Source of the DNA: an uncultured Actinomycetes bacterium
GTDB taxonomy: Bacteria > Actinomycetota > UBA4738 > HRBIN12
Length of the DNA stretch: 64,000 nucleotides
Assembly (NCBI GenBank): GCA_963785835.1
Contig: CAWAWO010000005.1
Location: forward strand, 484,657-548,656
Reading direction: 5' to 3'
This document shows positions 21,164 through 30,869 of the stretch, piece after piece (positions within the stretch are counted from its first letter, which is position 1; the number at the start of each line of letters is the position of its first letter). A program made the position numbers and the translations under genes. The notes beneath the pieces are model-generated. The model saw only the letters and a program-made list of their open reading frames with translations, was not told the origin of the DNA and did not search any database.

Positions 21164-23808
21164 ATGGAAGGCCGAGAGATCCGTGCGTCGTTCCTGCGCT
21201 TCTTCGAGGAGCGCGACCATCGCGTCGTGTCCTCGTCGTCGCTGATCCCGCCGCCGGAGTCCGGGCTGCTGCTCACGAACGCCGGGATGAACCAGTTCAT
21301 CCCGTACTTCCTCGGCCACGCGAAGGCGCCGTTCCCACGCGCGGTGACCGCGCAGAAGGTCTTCCGGGCGCTGGACATCGACAACGTCGGACACACCGAT
21401 CGCCACCTGACGTTCTTCGAGATGCTCGGCAACTTCTCCTTCGGCGACTACTTCAAGGCAGAGGCGGTGGCCTGGGCTCACGAGCTCGTCACCGAGGTCT
21501 GGGGGATCGATCCCGGGCGCCTGTGGGCGACGGTGTACGAGGAGGACGAGGAGGCCGTGGCCGCGTGGGACGCCGTCGGCATGCCGGAGGCGAGGATCGT
21601 GCGGCGGGGCAAGGTCGACGAGCACGGGGAGCTCGCGAACTACTGGTCGACCCATGCCGCCGGGCCGGGCGGACCGTGCTCGGAGATCTTCGTGGACAGA
21701 GGCGCCCGGTTCGGGCCGGACGGCGGACCGAACGTCGACGAGGAGCGGTTCATGGAGATCTGGAATCTGGTGTTCATCCAGGACGAGGTGGACGCCGACA
21801 TCAACGTGATCGCGGAGCTCCCCGCGAAGAACGTCGACACGGGCTCGAGCTTGGAGCGCGTCGCGACCGTACTCCAGGATGCCGATAACGTCTTCGAGAC
21901 GGACCTGCTGCGCCCGCTCCTCGAGGTCGCCGAGTCGCTCGCGGGCGTCACGCACGGTTCTGACGACCGCACCGACGTCTCGCTCAAGGTGATCGCCGAG
22001 CACGGTCGCGCGACGGCGTTCCTGATCGCCGACGGCGTGCAGCCGTCCAACGAGGGACGCGGCTACATCCTGCGCCGGATGCTGCGCCGGGTCGTCTCGC
22101 ACGCGCGGCGGCTCGGGATCGAGCAGGACGTGACGCCCCCGATCATCGAGCGCACGATCGAGCAGTTCGGCGACAGCTACCCCGAGCTGGTGGAGAACCG
22201 CGCGTACATCGAGCAGGTCGCCACCTCGGAGGAGGAGCGGTTCGCCGGGACGCTCCGGCAGGGGATGGCGCTGTTCGACGCCGAGGTGGAACGGGCCGAG
22301 AAAGGGGAGCGCCTCCCCGGCGACGTGGTGTTCAAGCTCCACGACACCTTCGGCTTCCCGAAGGAGCTCACGGCCGAGCTCGCCGCCGAGGCCGGCCTGG
22401 CGATCGACGAGGAGCGCTTCGAGGCGCTGATGGCCGAGCAGCGCGAGCGGGCCAAGCGCGCGGCGCGGAAGGGGCGGGCCGACGAGCACCTGGCCGCCGT
22501 GGCGGCCGAGGCGGGGAAGACCGAGTTCGCCGGCTACGGGTCGACGGAGTCCGATGGGCGCCTGGTTGCCCTGCTGGGCTCGGACGGCCCGACCGAGCTC
22601 GCCGCCGAAGGCGAGGAGGTCCGCCTCGTCCTGAACCGCACGCCGTTCTACGCTGAGTCGGGCGGGCAGGTCGGGGATCAGGGGCTCGTCCGCGGGACCG
22701 GCCGGGGCGGTGCGCGTCACGGACGCGCAGTTCGGGCCGGGCGACATGATCGTGCACACCGGCGTCGTCGAGTCCGGCGAGCTCCGCGCCGGCGAGGAGG
22801 TGCACGGCGAGGTCGACGCCGAACGGCGGGCGGCAACGGCCCGAGCGCACACGGCCACCCACATCGTCCATTGGACGCTGAAGCATCTGCTGGGCGAACA
22901 CGCGCGGCAGGCAGGTTCCCTCGTCGGTCCCGGGCGGCTTCGCTTCGACTTCCCGCATCACTCTGCGGTCGGCTGGGGCGCGCTCGAGGAGGCCGAGGGG
23001 ATCGCGAACGAGAAGACCTCATCCGACGATCAGGTCACGATCTACGAGACCACGTTCGACGAGGCGCGGAACCAGGGCGCGATCGCGCTGTTCGGCGAGA
23101 AGTACGGCGACTTCGTGCGCGTCGTGGAGGTCGGCGACTACTCGGTCGAGCTGTGCGGCGGCACCCACGTCCACCACACGGGGCACGTCGGCACCATCCG
23201 CATCCTTCACGAGGGTTCGATCGGCGCGGGGATGCGTCGTGTGGAGGCGGTGGTCGGGCCCGAGGCGCTGCGCGAGATCAACCTCGAACGCGAGCTGCTC
23301 CGCGCCGTGGCGGAGGTCCTCGGCAGCGACCCGAAGGGCGCCTCCGAGCGCGCGCGCCAGTACGTCGAGCGGGTGAAGCAGCTCGAGAGCGAGGCGGGGA
23401 AGAAGGACAGGCAGGAGCTGCAGAAGGTTGCCGAACAGCTCGCGAGCACATCGCGGCGTCGTTGCCGGGGCGAAGCTGGTGGCGCGTTCGCACGACGCGG
23501 CGGCGGACGAGCTGCGCAGCCTCGCGCAGGACGTGGCCAACCGGCTCGAGAACCCGAGCGGCGCCGCCGTGGTGCTGGGGACCGGGCAGGACGGCAAGGC
23601 CCTGCTCGTCGCCGCCTCCTCGCCGAACCTGCAGGCACGAGGCGTGAGGGCGACGGACCTGCTCGATCCGGCGGCGAAGATCGTCGGTGGGGGGGCCGGC
23701 GGCAAGCCCGGCCTCGCGTTCTCGGGTGGCCCGAAGGGTGACGCGTACCAGCAGGCGCTCGACGCGATCGAGCCTCGCCTGAAGGAGCTCCTCGAGGCCG
23801 GTGGCTGA
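21164..23808 (+). CDS. alaS: Alanine--tRNA ligase (frameshifts near 22695 and 23455)
   Basis: TNAGMNQF, HLTFFEMLGNFSFGDYFK, TPFYAESGGQVGD, HTATH, ELCGGTH, GGGAGGKP. Confidence 0.95.
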
Positions 23809-24223
23809 CCGACCCGGCCGCGTCCTGGGGCTCGACCTCGGCGACGCGCGCATCGGGGTGGCCGTGTCGGATGACGAGCGGCGCCTCGCGGTCCCGCTCG
23901 GGACCGTCCGGACGGGAGCGCCGGCCGACCTGAAGGCGATCGCCGCGCTCGTCGGTGAGCACGACGTCACCGCGGTCGTCGTCGGACATCCGCTGCTGCT
24001 CACCGGTGAGACTGGCAATCGCGCGCACCATGCCGAACGGTTCGCGGACGCCCTCCGCGCGGTGGTCGCCGTCCCGGTGATGCTGCAGGACGAACGACTC
24101 TCGACGTCCGAGGCCGAGCGCGCGCTTCGCGACGCCGGCGCGAGCGGCAGGGATCGCCGGCGGGTCGTCGACCGTTCGGCCGCGACCGTCATCCTGCAGG
24201 CGTGGCTCGACGCCCGCGAGTGA
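23801..24223 (+). CDS. ruvX: Holliday junction resolvase RuvX / YqgF
   Basis: LGLDLGDARIGVAVSD, DERLST, VDRSAATVILQ. Confidence 0.95.
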   Translation: MADRPGRVLGLDLGDARIGVAVSDDERRLAVPLGTVRTGAPADLKAIAALVGEHDVTAVVVGHPLLLTGETGNRAHHAERFADALRAVVAVPVMLQDERLSTSEAERALRDAGASGRDRRRVVDRSAATVILQAWLDARE

Positions 24224-24294
24224 CCTGAACCCGAAGGTCGGTTGCACGGTCGGGAACCCGGACTTCGGCAGGCCGCCGGTATGCTGCCGAGCCG

Positions 24295-25366
24295 ATGCAG
24301 GAGGCCCCTCCCCGCCAGGACCAGACCCCGCCCCGCCACCGAGCCGAACGGCGCACGAGCTGGGGCCGGTGGGTCGCCCTCGTCGTGCTGCTCTCGATCG
24401 TCGGCCTCGGTTTCGCCGCGTCTCGCTACTACAACTGGTGCCAGGAGGCCTCGGGTTCGCAGGAGCCGGTGTCGTTCGAGGTGGCCGACGGCCAGAGCGG
24501 CTCCGAGGTCGTCGACGCCCTGCACGAGCAGGGCGTTGTGCGGTGCGGCCTCGTGTCGAGATGGCTGCTCCGGCGGAGCGGCCTCGAGGGCGAGTTCCGT
24601 GCCGGGACGTTCGAGCTCACCACCAACATGAAGCCGGACGACGCATTCGTCGTGCTGACGACGCCGCCCGAACCGGTTCCGACGGTTCGGCTCACGATCC
24701 CGGAGGGGTATCGGCTCACCCAGATCGCGGAACGCGTGGAGGGATCGCTCGGGATCCCGGCCAGGGCGTTCATGAGGGCGATCGAGTCCAGGGACTGGTC
24801 GGCCCCGCCGTACCTGCCGGAGGACGCCGAGAGCCCCGAGGGGTTCCTGTTCCCTGAGACCTACGAGTTCGTCGAGGGCGACACGCGCGCTATAGACGTG
24901 ATCCGCGAGCTGCTCGACCAGTTCGTCGCCGAGGCCGACGGTCTCCCGTGGGACCGAGCCGAGGAGCTCGGCGTCACGCCATACGAGGTGGTGGTGATCG
25001 CCTCGATGATCGAGAAGGAGGCCGCGCTCGACGAGGAGCGCGCGCTCATCTCAGGCGTGATCCACAATCGTCTGGCGATCCCGATGACCCTCGGGATCGA
25101 CGCGACGCTCCTGTACGACGACCCGACCCCCGACGGGCAACTGTCGTTCTCCGACCTGGAGTTCGACAGCCCGTACAACACGAGGATCAATCCCGGGTTG
25201 CCGCCGACGCCGATCGCGAGCCCGGGCCGCGCGTCGCTCGAGGCCGCGCTTGAACCCGGCCGACACGGAATTCCTCTTCTATGTGCTCTGCGGCGAGGAC
25301 GGGCACCACGAGTTCGGCACGACCGCGGCCGAGCACGAGTCCAACCGCGTCAAGTGCAACGAGTGA
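24295..25366 (+). CDS. mltG: Endolytic transglycosylase MltG (extra C near 25256)
   Basis: TIPEGY, EGFLFPETY, IASMIEKE, SPYNTRINPGLPPTPI; shifted C-terminus FLFYVL..GHHEF. Confidence 0.93.
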
Positions 25367-25372
25367 GCGGTC

Positions 25373-26264
25373 GTGGCTGAAGTCCCCGACCGCCCCGGAC
25401 GGGTTCGAGGATCGACGCGGACCGTCGGGGTGATCGGCTGGCCCGTGGAGCACAGCCTGTCGCCCGTGATCCACAACGCCGCGTTCGCGGCGCTCGAGAT
25501 GGACTGGGTCTACCTCCCGCTTCCCGTGCCTCCCGGACGCGTCGGTCCCGCGCTCGAGGGGCTCCGCGCGCTCGGGTTCGCGGGCACGAACGTGACGATG
25601 CCCCACAAGACCGAGTGCGCCAAGCTGGTCGGTGAGCTCTCCGACGACGCCCGCCTCCTCCAGGCGGTCAACACGATCGTCGTCGGGTCCGACGGGCTCG
25701 CGGGACACAACACCGACGTGACCGGCTTCGAACGCTTCCTCGCCGTCGACGCCGGCTTCGATCCCTCGGGCCGAACGGCGCTGCTGTTCGGTGCGGGAGG
25801 CGTCGGTCGCGCCTGCGCGCTGGCGCTCGCGCGGGGCGGGCTCGCCGAGCTGACGGTGGCCGTCCGCGAGCCCGAACGCGTCGAGGCGGTCCGAGCGCTG
25901 GTCGGAGCCGTTCGGCACCGAGGTCTCGGGCATCGGTTTCGACGACGCTGCGAACGCGGTCTCGGCGAACCTCGTCGTGAACGCCACGCCGCTCGGCGCT
26001 CGGGGCGAGACCCTTCCGCTGCCCACGCTCGAGCCCGGGGGCGTCGCGGTCGATCTGTTGACCAGCCCGAGCTCCACTCCGCTGCTGACGGAGGCTCGTC
26101 GAGCCGGATGCACGGCGTTCGGCGGGATCGGGCTCCTGCTGCATCAGGGGGCCATCGCGTTCGAGCTGTGGACGGGCCGGGTCCCGCCGCTCGACGTGAT
26201 GTCGGCCGCGGCGCTCGCCGAGCTCTCGGAGAACGCCGAGCCGGCGCCCGGCGCGGAGCGCTGA
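25373..26264 (+). CDS. aroE: Shikimate dehydrogenase (frameshift near 25904)
   Basis: IGWPVEHSLSPVIHN, NVTMPHK, AVNT, HNTD, GAGG; NATP and LLHQG in the shifted frame. Confidence 0.93.
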
Positions 26265-26321
26265 CCCCAACTCAAGCCTGCGACGCGGGCTCCCGATGGT
26301 TCGGTCGGAGCCCTCTCGTTT

Positions 26322-26460
26322 ATGGACGACCTCAGCGGTCTCGCGTCCACGCTGGCGGCCGGCGTCGACGACGTCCGCGGCTGTCTCGTCCTTCGCGCGA
26401 CGGCCCTCGTCGCGAATGGTCTTCCCTCGCTGCACACGAACAGCGCGTCGTAGGCGATCA
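26322..26460 (+). pseudogene. N-terminal fragment resembling a Roadblock/LC7 (MglB-like) protein
   Basis: MDDLSGLASTLAAGVDDVRGCLVL, then with small indels SRDGLV, the Roadblock beta-turn motif. Confidence 0.4.
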
Positions 26461-26474
26461 CACGGCTGATCGAG

Positions 26475-26827
26475 ATGGAAGTCGAGACCTTCCTCGTGGC
26501 GCAACCTGAACACCTGGAACGGCGTGACGGGGAGCAGCTGCACTTCGTCGTCAACTACCGGTCGATCTTCCCGGCGAGCTGCGATCCGTCGCTGTACGGG
26601 ATCTACGCGGGGAACAACACGAAGTTGAACAACGTGGAGATCCTCTTCTACGCCCGTGCACGGTTCGGATGAACAACCAGAACGACTTCACGGGGCAGAT
26701 CATCGGGCAGACGGTCCTGGTCGACAACTACTTCACGTTGAACGCCACGCCGGTGCACGTCCCCGGGGCCGGCGACGTCGACGGCTTCGACCAGAGCATC
26801 GTGTACATCCGCGAGGTCGTGAACTGA
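26475..26827 (+). pseudogene. C-terminal fragment of an Asn-rich exported protein (PilX/minor-pilin-like)
   Basis: GNNTKLNNVEILFY then MNNQNDFTGQIIGQTVLVDNYFTL...IVYIREVVN*; no matching N-terminus. Confidence 0.45.
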
Positions 26828-26861
26828 CCTCTCGGATCGTGCGGTAGCGTTCGGCCCCACG

Positions 26862-27647
26862 ATGAGCGCTTCCGACGTCCTGCTCCGGCTCGCGATCGCG
26901 CTGCCCCTCGGCCTCGTGTTCGGCAGCTTCCTCACCGTGGTCATCCACCGGGTGCCGGCGGGGGAGTCCCTCGTCCGCCCCAGGTCGCGCTGCCCGAGCT
27001 GTGGCACGCAGCTCCGGGCGGTCGACAACGTTCCGGTGGCGTCCTGGCTCGCGCTCCGCGGCCGATGCCACGCGTGCGGGGCGCGGATCTCGGCGATCTA
27101 CCCACTGACCGAGGTGGCCTGCGGCGCCCTGTTCGTCGCGGTGGCCCTCGTGTACGAGGATCCCTGGCAGGCGGTGCTCCTCGCGCCCTTCCTCGGGCTC
27201 CTGGTCGGCATCTCCGTGATCGACCTGCGTCACTATCGGATACCGAACCGGCTCGTCTACCCGGGCGTGGTGGTTTCGGGCGCCTTCGTGGTGGTGGGGG
27301 ACCTCGCAGGGGCTCCCCTGAGCGCGCCCGGCGCGGTCGTCGGGTTGCTCGCGTACGGCCTGGGGCTGCTGGTCGTTGCCCTCATCGCCCCGAAAGGCAT
27401 GGGGATGGGTGACGTGAAGCTCGCCGGACTGATCGGACTCGTTCTCGGGGCGATCGACCTCGCCCTGGTCGCCGTGGCCGCGGGGGCAGGGATCCTGCTC
27501 GGGGGAGTGGGCGCCCTGGTGGCTCTCCTGCTGGGGGCGAGCCGGAAGACGCGGATACCCTACGGGCCCTTCATGGCTGCAGGCGCGGCCGTCGCCGTCT
27601 TCGTGGGCGACGCTGTGGTCGACGGGTACCTGAGCCTCTTCGTCTGA
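26862..27647 (+). CDS. pilD: Prepilin peptidase (A24)
   Basis: GSFLTVVIHRVP, SRCPSC, RGRCHAC, GMGMGDVKL, IPYGPF. Confidence 0.95.
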   Translation: MSASDVLLRLAIALPLGLVFGSFLTVVIHRVPAGESLVRPRSRCPSCGTQLRAVDNVPVASWLALRGRCHACGARISAIYPLTEVACGALFVAVALVYEDPWQAVLLAPFLGLLVGISVIDLRHYRIPNRLVYPGVVVSGAFVVVGDLAGAPLSAPGAVVGLLAYGLGLLVVALIAPKGMGMGDVKLAGLIGLVLGAIDLALVAVAAGAGILLGGVGALVALLLGASRKTRIPYGPFMAAGAAVAVFVGDAVVDGYLSLFV

Positions 27648-27729
27648 GCGCGACGCCGGCCTGAGCGCTCGGGCCCGGCCAACGTCGGGGGAGCGCTGTT
27701 ACTCGTGTGCATTCCTGAGCATTCCCGCT

Positions 27730-27747
27730 AATTACATCTATGTAATT
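27730..27747. promoter_or_regulatory. Perfect palindromic operator candidate AATTACAT-CT-ATGTAATT
   Basis: 8-bp perfect inverted repeat in a conspicuously AT-rich intergenic region. Confidence 0.65.
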
Positions 27748-27782
27748 CAGCCTGGCGTGCCGAAAGTGATTAAATGGGGTTA

Positions 27783-27811
27783 TTGACGGTGGATGTTGCA
27801 CTTGTTACGTT
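27783..27811 (+). promoter_or_regulatory. Sigma70-type promoter for the HTH-HTH-pilMNO operon
   Basis: TTGACG (27783-27788), 17-nt spacer, TACGTT (27806-27811); AT-rich sequence upstream. Confidence 0.7.
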
Positions 27812-27893
27812 GCGCGACCCTCCTGTCAGCTGGTGGAGGATGAGGCCGATGTTGAAGGTGTGCAACATGATGAAGCTGTGGGAGATGCGCTAG

Positions 27894-28085
27894 ATGAGCA
27901 AACGCAGGCCGTTCGTGGGTGACCGGCTCCTCACGGTCGCCGAGGTGGCCGCGACGATGCGCGTGTCGAACATGACGGTGTACCGGCTGATCAAGGGCGG
28001 AGAGCTGGCCGCGATCAGGGTCGGCAAGAACTACCGGATCAGGGAGTCGGACGTGGACAGGTATCTGTCGGAGCGATCGGTCTAG
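27894..28085 (+). CDS. Excisionase-family HTH DNA-binding protein (BldC/Rv0500A-like), copy 1
   Basis: LLTVAEVAATMRVSNMTVYRLIKGGELAAIRVGKNYRI. Confidence 0.92.
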   Translation: MSKRRPFVGDRLLTVAEVAATMRVSNMTVYRLIKGGELAAIRVGKNYRIRESDVDRYLSERSV

Positions 28086-28093
28086 AGGCAGGG

Positions 28094-28324
28094 GTGACGG
28101 TGGCTCGAGCGTCTCGCACGGGGTGGACCGGCCGGCAGGCCGGCGACCGCCTGCTCACCGTCGCCGAGGTCGCCGCGACGATGCGCGTGTCGAACATGAC
28201 GGTGTACCGGCTGATCAAGGAGGGAGAGCTGGCCGCCCTGCGTGTGGGCAAGAACTACCGGATCAGGGAGTCGGACGTGGACGGGTACCTGGCGGAGCGG
28301 TCCGTTCAGGTGGAGGGAGCCTGA
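28094..28324 (+). CDS. Excisionase-family HTH DNA-binding protein (BldC/Rv0500A-like), copy 2
   Basis: LLTVAEVAATMRVSNMTVYRLIKEGELAALRVGKNYRI. Confidence 0.92.
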   Translation: MTVARASRTGWTGRQAGDRLLTVAEVAATMRVSNMTVYRLIKEGELAALRVGKNYRIRESDVDGYLAERSVQVEGA

Positions 28325-28325
28325 G

Positions 28326-29630
28326 GTGGCTCGCACGAGGGTCGGCGTGGACGTGGGCTCGACGGCGGTTCGGGTCGCCGAGGTCGCCGCCGGCGACATC
28401 CCCGTGCTCGTGAGGGCTGCTCAGGTGCCGCTCCCCCCGGGCGCCGTCGAGGCCGGCGAGATCCGCGATCCCGAACCGGTGGCCCACGCGCTCCGCGAGG
28501 CGCTCGGCAAGGCGGGTGTGAAGACGCAGGCAGGTCCTCCTCGGCGTCGGGAACCAGCGCGTCGTCGTTCGCGAGATCGCGCTCCCGTGGCTGCCCGAGA
28601 AAGAGCTGCGCGACACCCTCGCGTTCCAGGTCCAGGAGTTCATCCCGATGGCCGCCGACGACGCGGTGCTGGACTTCGATGCGCTCGGCGAGATGGACCA
28701 GGACGGCCGGAGGATGCAGCGGATCCTCCTGGTCGCGGCACACAAGGGCATGGTGAACGCGCTCGTGCAGGCGGCGCTCGCGGCAAAGCTCGAGCCGCTC
28801 GGCATCGATCTCGCGCCGTTCGCCGTGGTGCGCGCGGTCGGGACGGGGGACGAGGGTCTGGACCTCGAGACTCCCGGCGACGAGGCCGTGATCGACGTCG
28901 GCGCGCACGTGACGTCGATCTGCGTCCACGACCGTGGAACGAGCCGGTTCGTCCGGATGCTCCCTTCGGGTGGCCGCGACATCACGCTGGCGGTCGCGGG
29001 AGGGCTCGGTGTGGCGGACGACGTCGCGGAACGACTGAAGCGGGGCGAGACCCTCGGAGCCGCCGGCGACGACTCGATGGCCGCGGCGAGAACGGCGGCG
29101 AAGGGGCTCGCCGAGGAGGCCGGAAGGCGACGCCGCACGACACGCGGGATCCCGGCGACGAGACGCGAACGGTCCGACCGAAGACGCGGAGCCGGCTGGC
29201 GGATGACGATGGCGCAGGCAGGTGAGCGAGCGGCGCGACGTCGATCGGTTCGCCGACCTCGCCGGGGCACCCCGGCAACGGCGGGGTACCGGGCGAAGAG
29301 CTTCCCGGGTCGCCGGATCCGGATCAGGTTCGGAGCCTCGCGCTCGCGCGCGCCGGCAGCTTCGTGGACGAGGTCCAGTCGTCACTGGAGTCCTACGCTG
29401 CGCAGGTTCCGAGCGCACACATCGGCCGTGTCCTCGTGGTTGGGGGCGGTTCGCGCCTCGACGGGTTCGCCGAAATGCTCCAGGAGCGGATCCCGGTGCC
29501 CGTCGACCGAGGCCGGCTGTTCGAGCGGGTGAAGTCCGATCTCGATCTGTCCGCGGAGGCCGCCGTGGAAGCGGAGGCGGTCCTCCCGGTCGCGGTCGGC
29601 CTGGCGATGCCCGGGCAGAGGCGGGCGTGA
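28326..29630 (+). CDS. pilM: Type IV pilus assembly protein PilM (frameshifts near 28530 and within 29060-29350)
   Basis: VGVDVGSTAVRVAEV, LPPGAVEAGEI, VVVREIALP, IDVGAHVT, GGRDIT, VGGGSRL, AVGLA. Confidence 0.9.
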
Positions 29631-30262
29631 GCCAGGTCAACCTCCTTCCCCCCGAACTCCGTCAGCGACAGGCGATCCGTCGCACGACCTCACTCGTCGT
29701 CGCGGCGGGCGCTCGGCCTGCTCGCGCTCATCGGCGTCTTCTACTTCCTGCAGCTGCAGCGCCTGGCGGACGCGCAGGACGAGCTCGAGGCGCAGCAGGC
29801 CACCAACGCCGAGCTGCAGAGCCAGATCGACGGGCCTCCAGCGGTTCGCCGACCTGCAGGCCGAGCTCGCGGCCAAGGAGCAGCTCGTCGCGACGATCTT
29901 CGTGAACGAGGTGTCGTGGTCGAGCGCCCTGCTGGACGTGTCGCGGGTGATCCCGGACGAGTCGTACCTCACGAACCTGACCGGCCAGATCACGGCCCTG
30001 GCGGACGAGGACGCGGAGCACCACCGGCGGCACGCCGGAGACCACGCTGATCGGCACGATGACGTTCCAGGGCGTGGCCCAGGAGACCGACACGATCGCG
30101 AACTGGATCACGCAGCTCGAGCAGGTCCAGGGCTGGGTGAACGCGTGGGTCACGAGCGCCCAGGAGGACGCACCGTTCTCGCGCATCTACACGTTCTCGA
30201 ACGGGCTCGACCTCACGCAGGAGGCGGCCACCGCTCGAGGTCAGGGAGAGGTGTCGCCGTGA
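29627..30262 (+). CDS. pilN: PilN domain protein (several frameshifts)
   Basis: MSQVNLLPPELR motif, TM, coiled coil, WSSALLDVSRVIPDESYLT. Confidence 0.85.
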
Positions 30263-30867
30263 ACCGTCGCGCGCCGATCATCGCCGGGGCGATCGCCGTC
30301 GTGGTCGCGCTCCTGCTCATCTTCCTGCTCGTGCTGCCGAAGATGCGTGAGGTGAGCGAGACCGAGGAGCAGCTGCAGGCGGCCCAGGATCGGGAGATCG
30401 TCCTTGCGGCCGAACTGCGCGCGCTCGAGCAGGCGCAGGAGCAGGCGCCGGAGACCGAGCAGGCGATCGCCGCGATCGACGACGCCATCCCGCCGACGGC
30501 CGATCTCCCGGCGCTGTTCCGGTTGCTCGACAGCGCCGCGTCTCGCGCGGCCGTCGACTTCTTCTCGTTCACCCCGGGCACGCCGGTCCTCGATCCGACG
30601 TCCCAGTACTCCACGATCTCGTCCCAGGTCACCGTCAGCGGTGGGTACTTCGCGATCGACGAGTTCCTGTTCCTGCTCGAGACGCTGCCGCGAGCCGCCA
30701 AGGTGACCACGATCGCGGTCTCGGGTGCGGCCGTGACCGAGGAGACCACGACGAGCTCACTCCAACTGCAGGTCACGGTCGAGTTCTTCACCACGGACAC
30801 CAGCGCCGGTCCGGGCTCCATCCCCGGTCCGACCGTTGGTACCACGACGACGGAACTGGGAGCGTAG
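30259..30867 (+). CDS. pilO: Type IV pilus assembly protein PilO
   Basis: TM, coiled coil, IPPTADLPALFRLL, VSGGYFAIDEFLFLLETLPR. Confidence 0.88.
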   Translation: MNRRAPIIAGAIAVVVALLLIFLLVLPKMREVSETEEQLQAAQDREIVLAAELRALEQAQEQAPETEQAIAAIDDAIPPTADLPALFRLLDSAASRAAVDFFSFTPGTPVLDPTSQYSTISSQVTVSGGYFAIDEFLFLLETLPRAAKVTTIAVSGAAVTEETTTSSLQLQVTVEFFTTDTSAGPGSIPGPTVGTTTTELGA

Positions 30868-30869
30868 TC

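Noticed and set aside
27894-28324. Excisionase genes as evidence of a prophage or integrative element
   Set aside because: No integrase, att site or phage gene nearby. The sequences fit the chromosomal BldC/Rv0500A-type regulators.
29902-30867. Apparent PilN-PilO fusion (321-aa ORF)
   Set aside because: Caused by an indel near 30015. The PilN C-terminus ends at 30262, overlapping a proper pilO GTG start.
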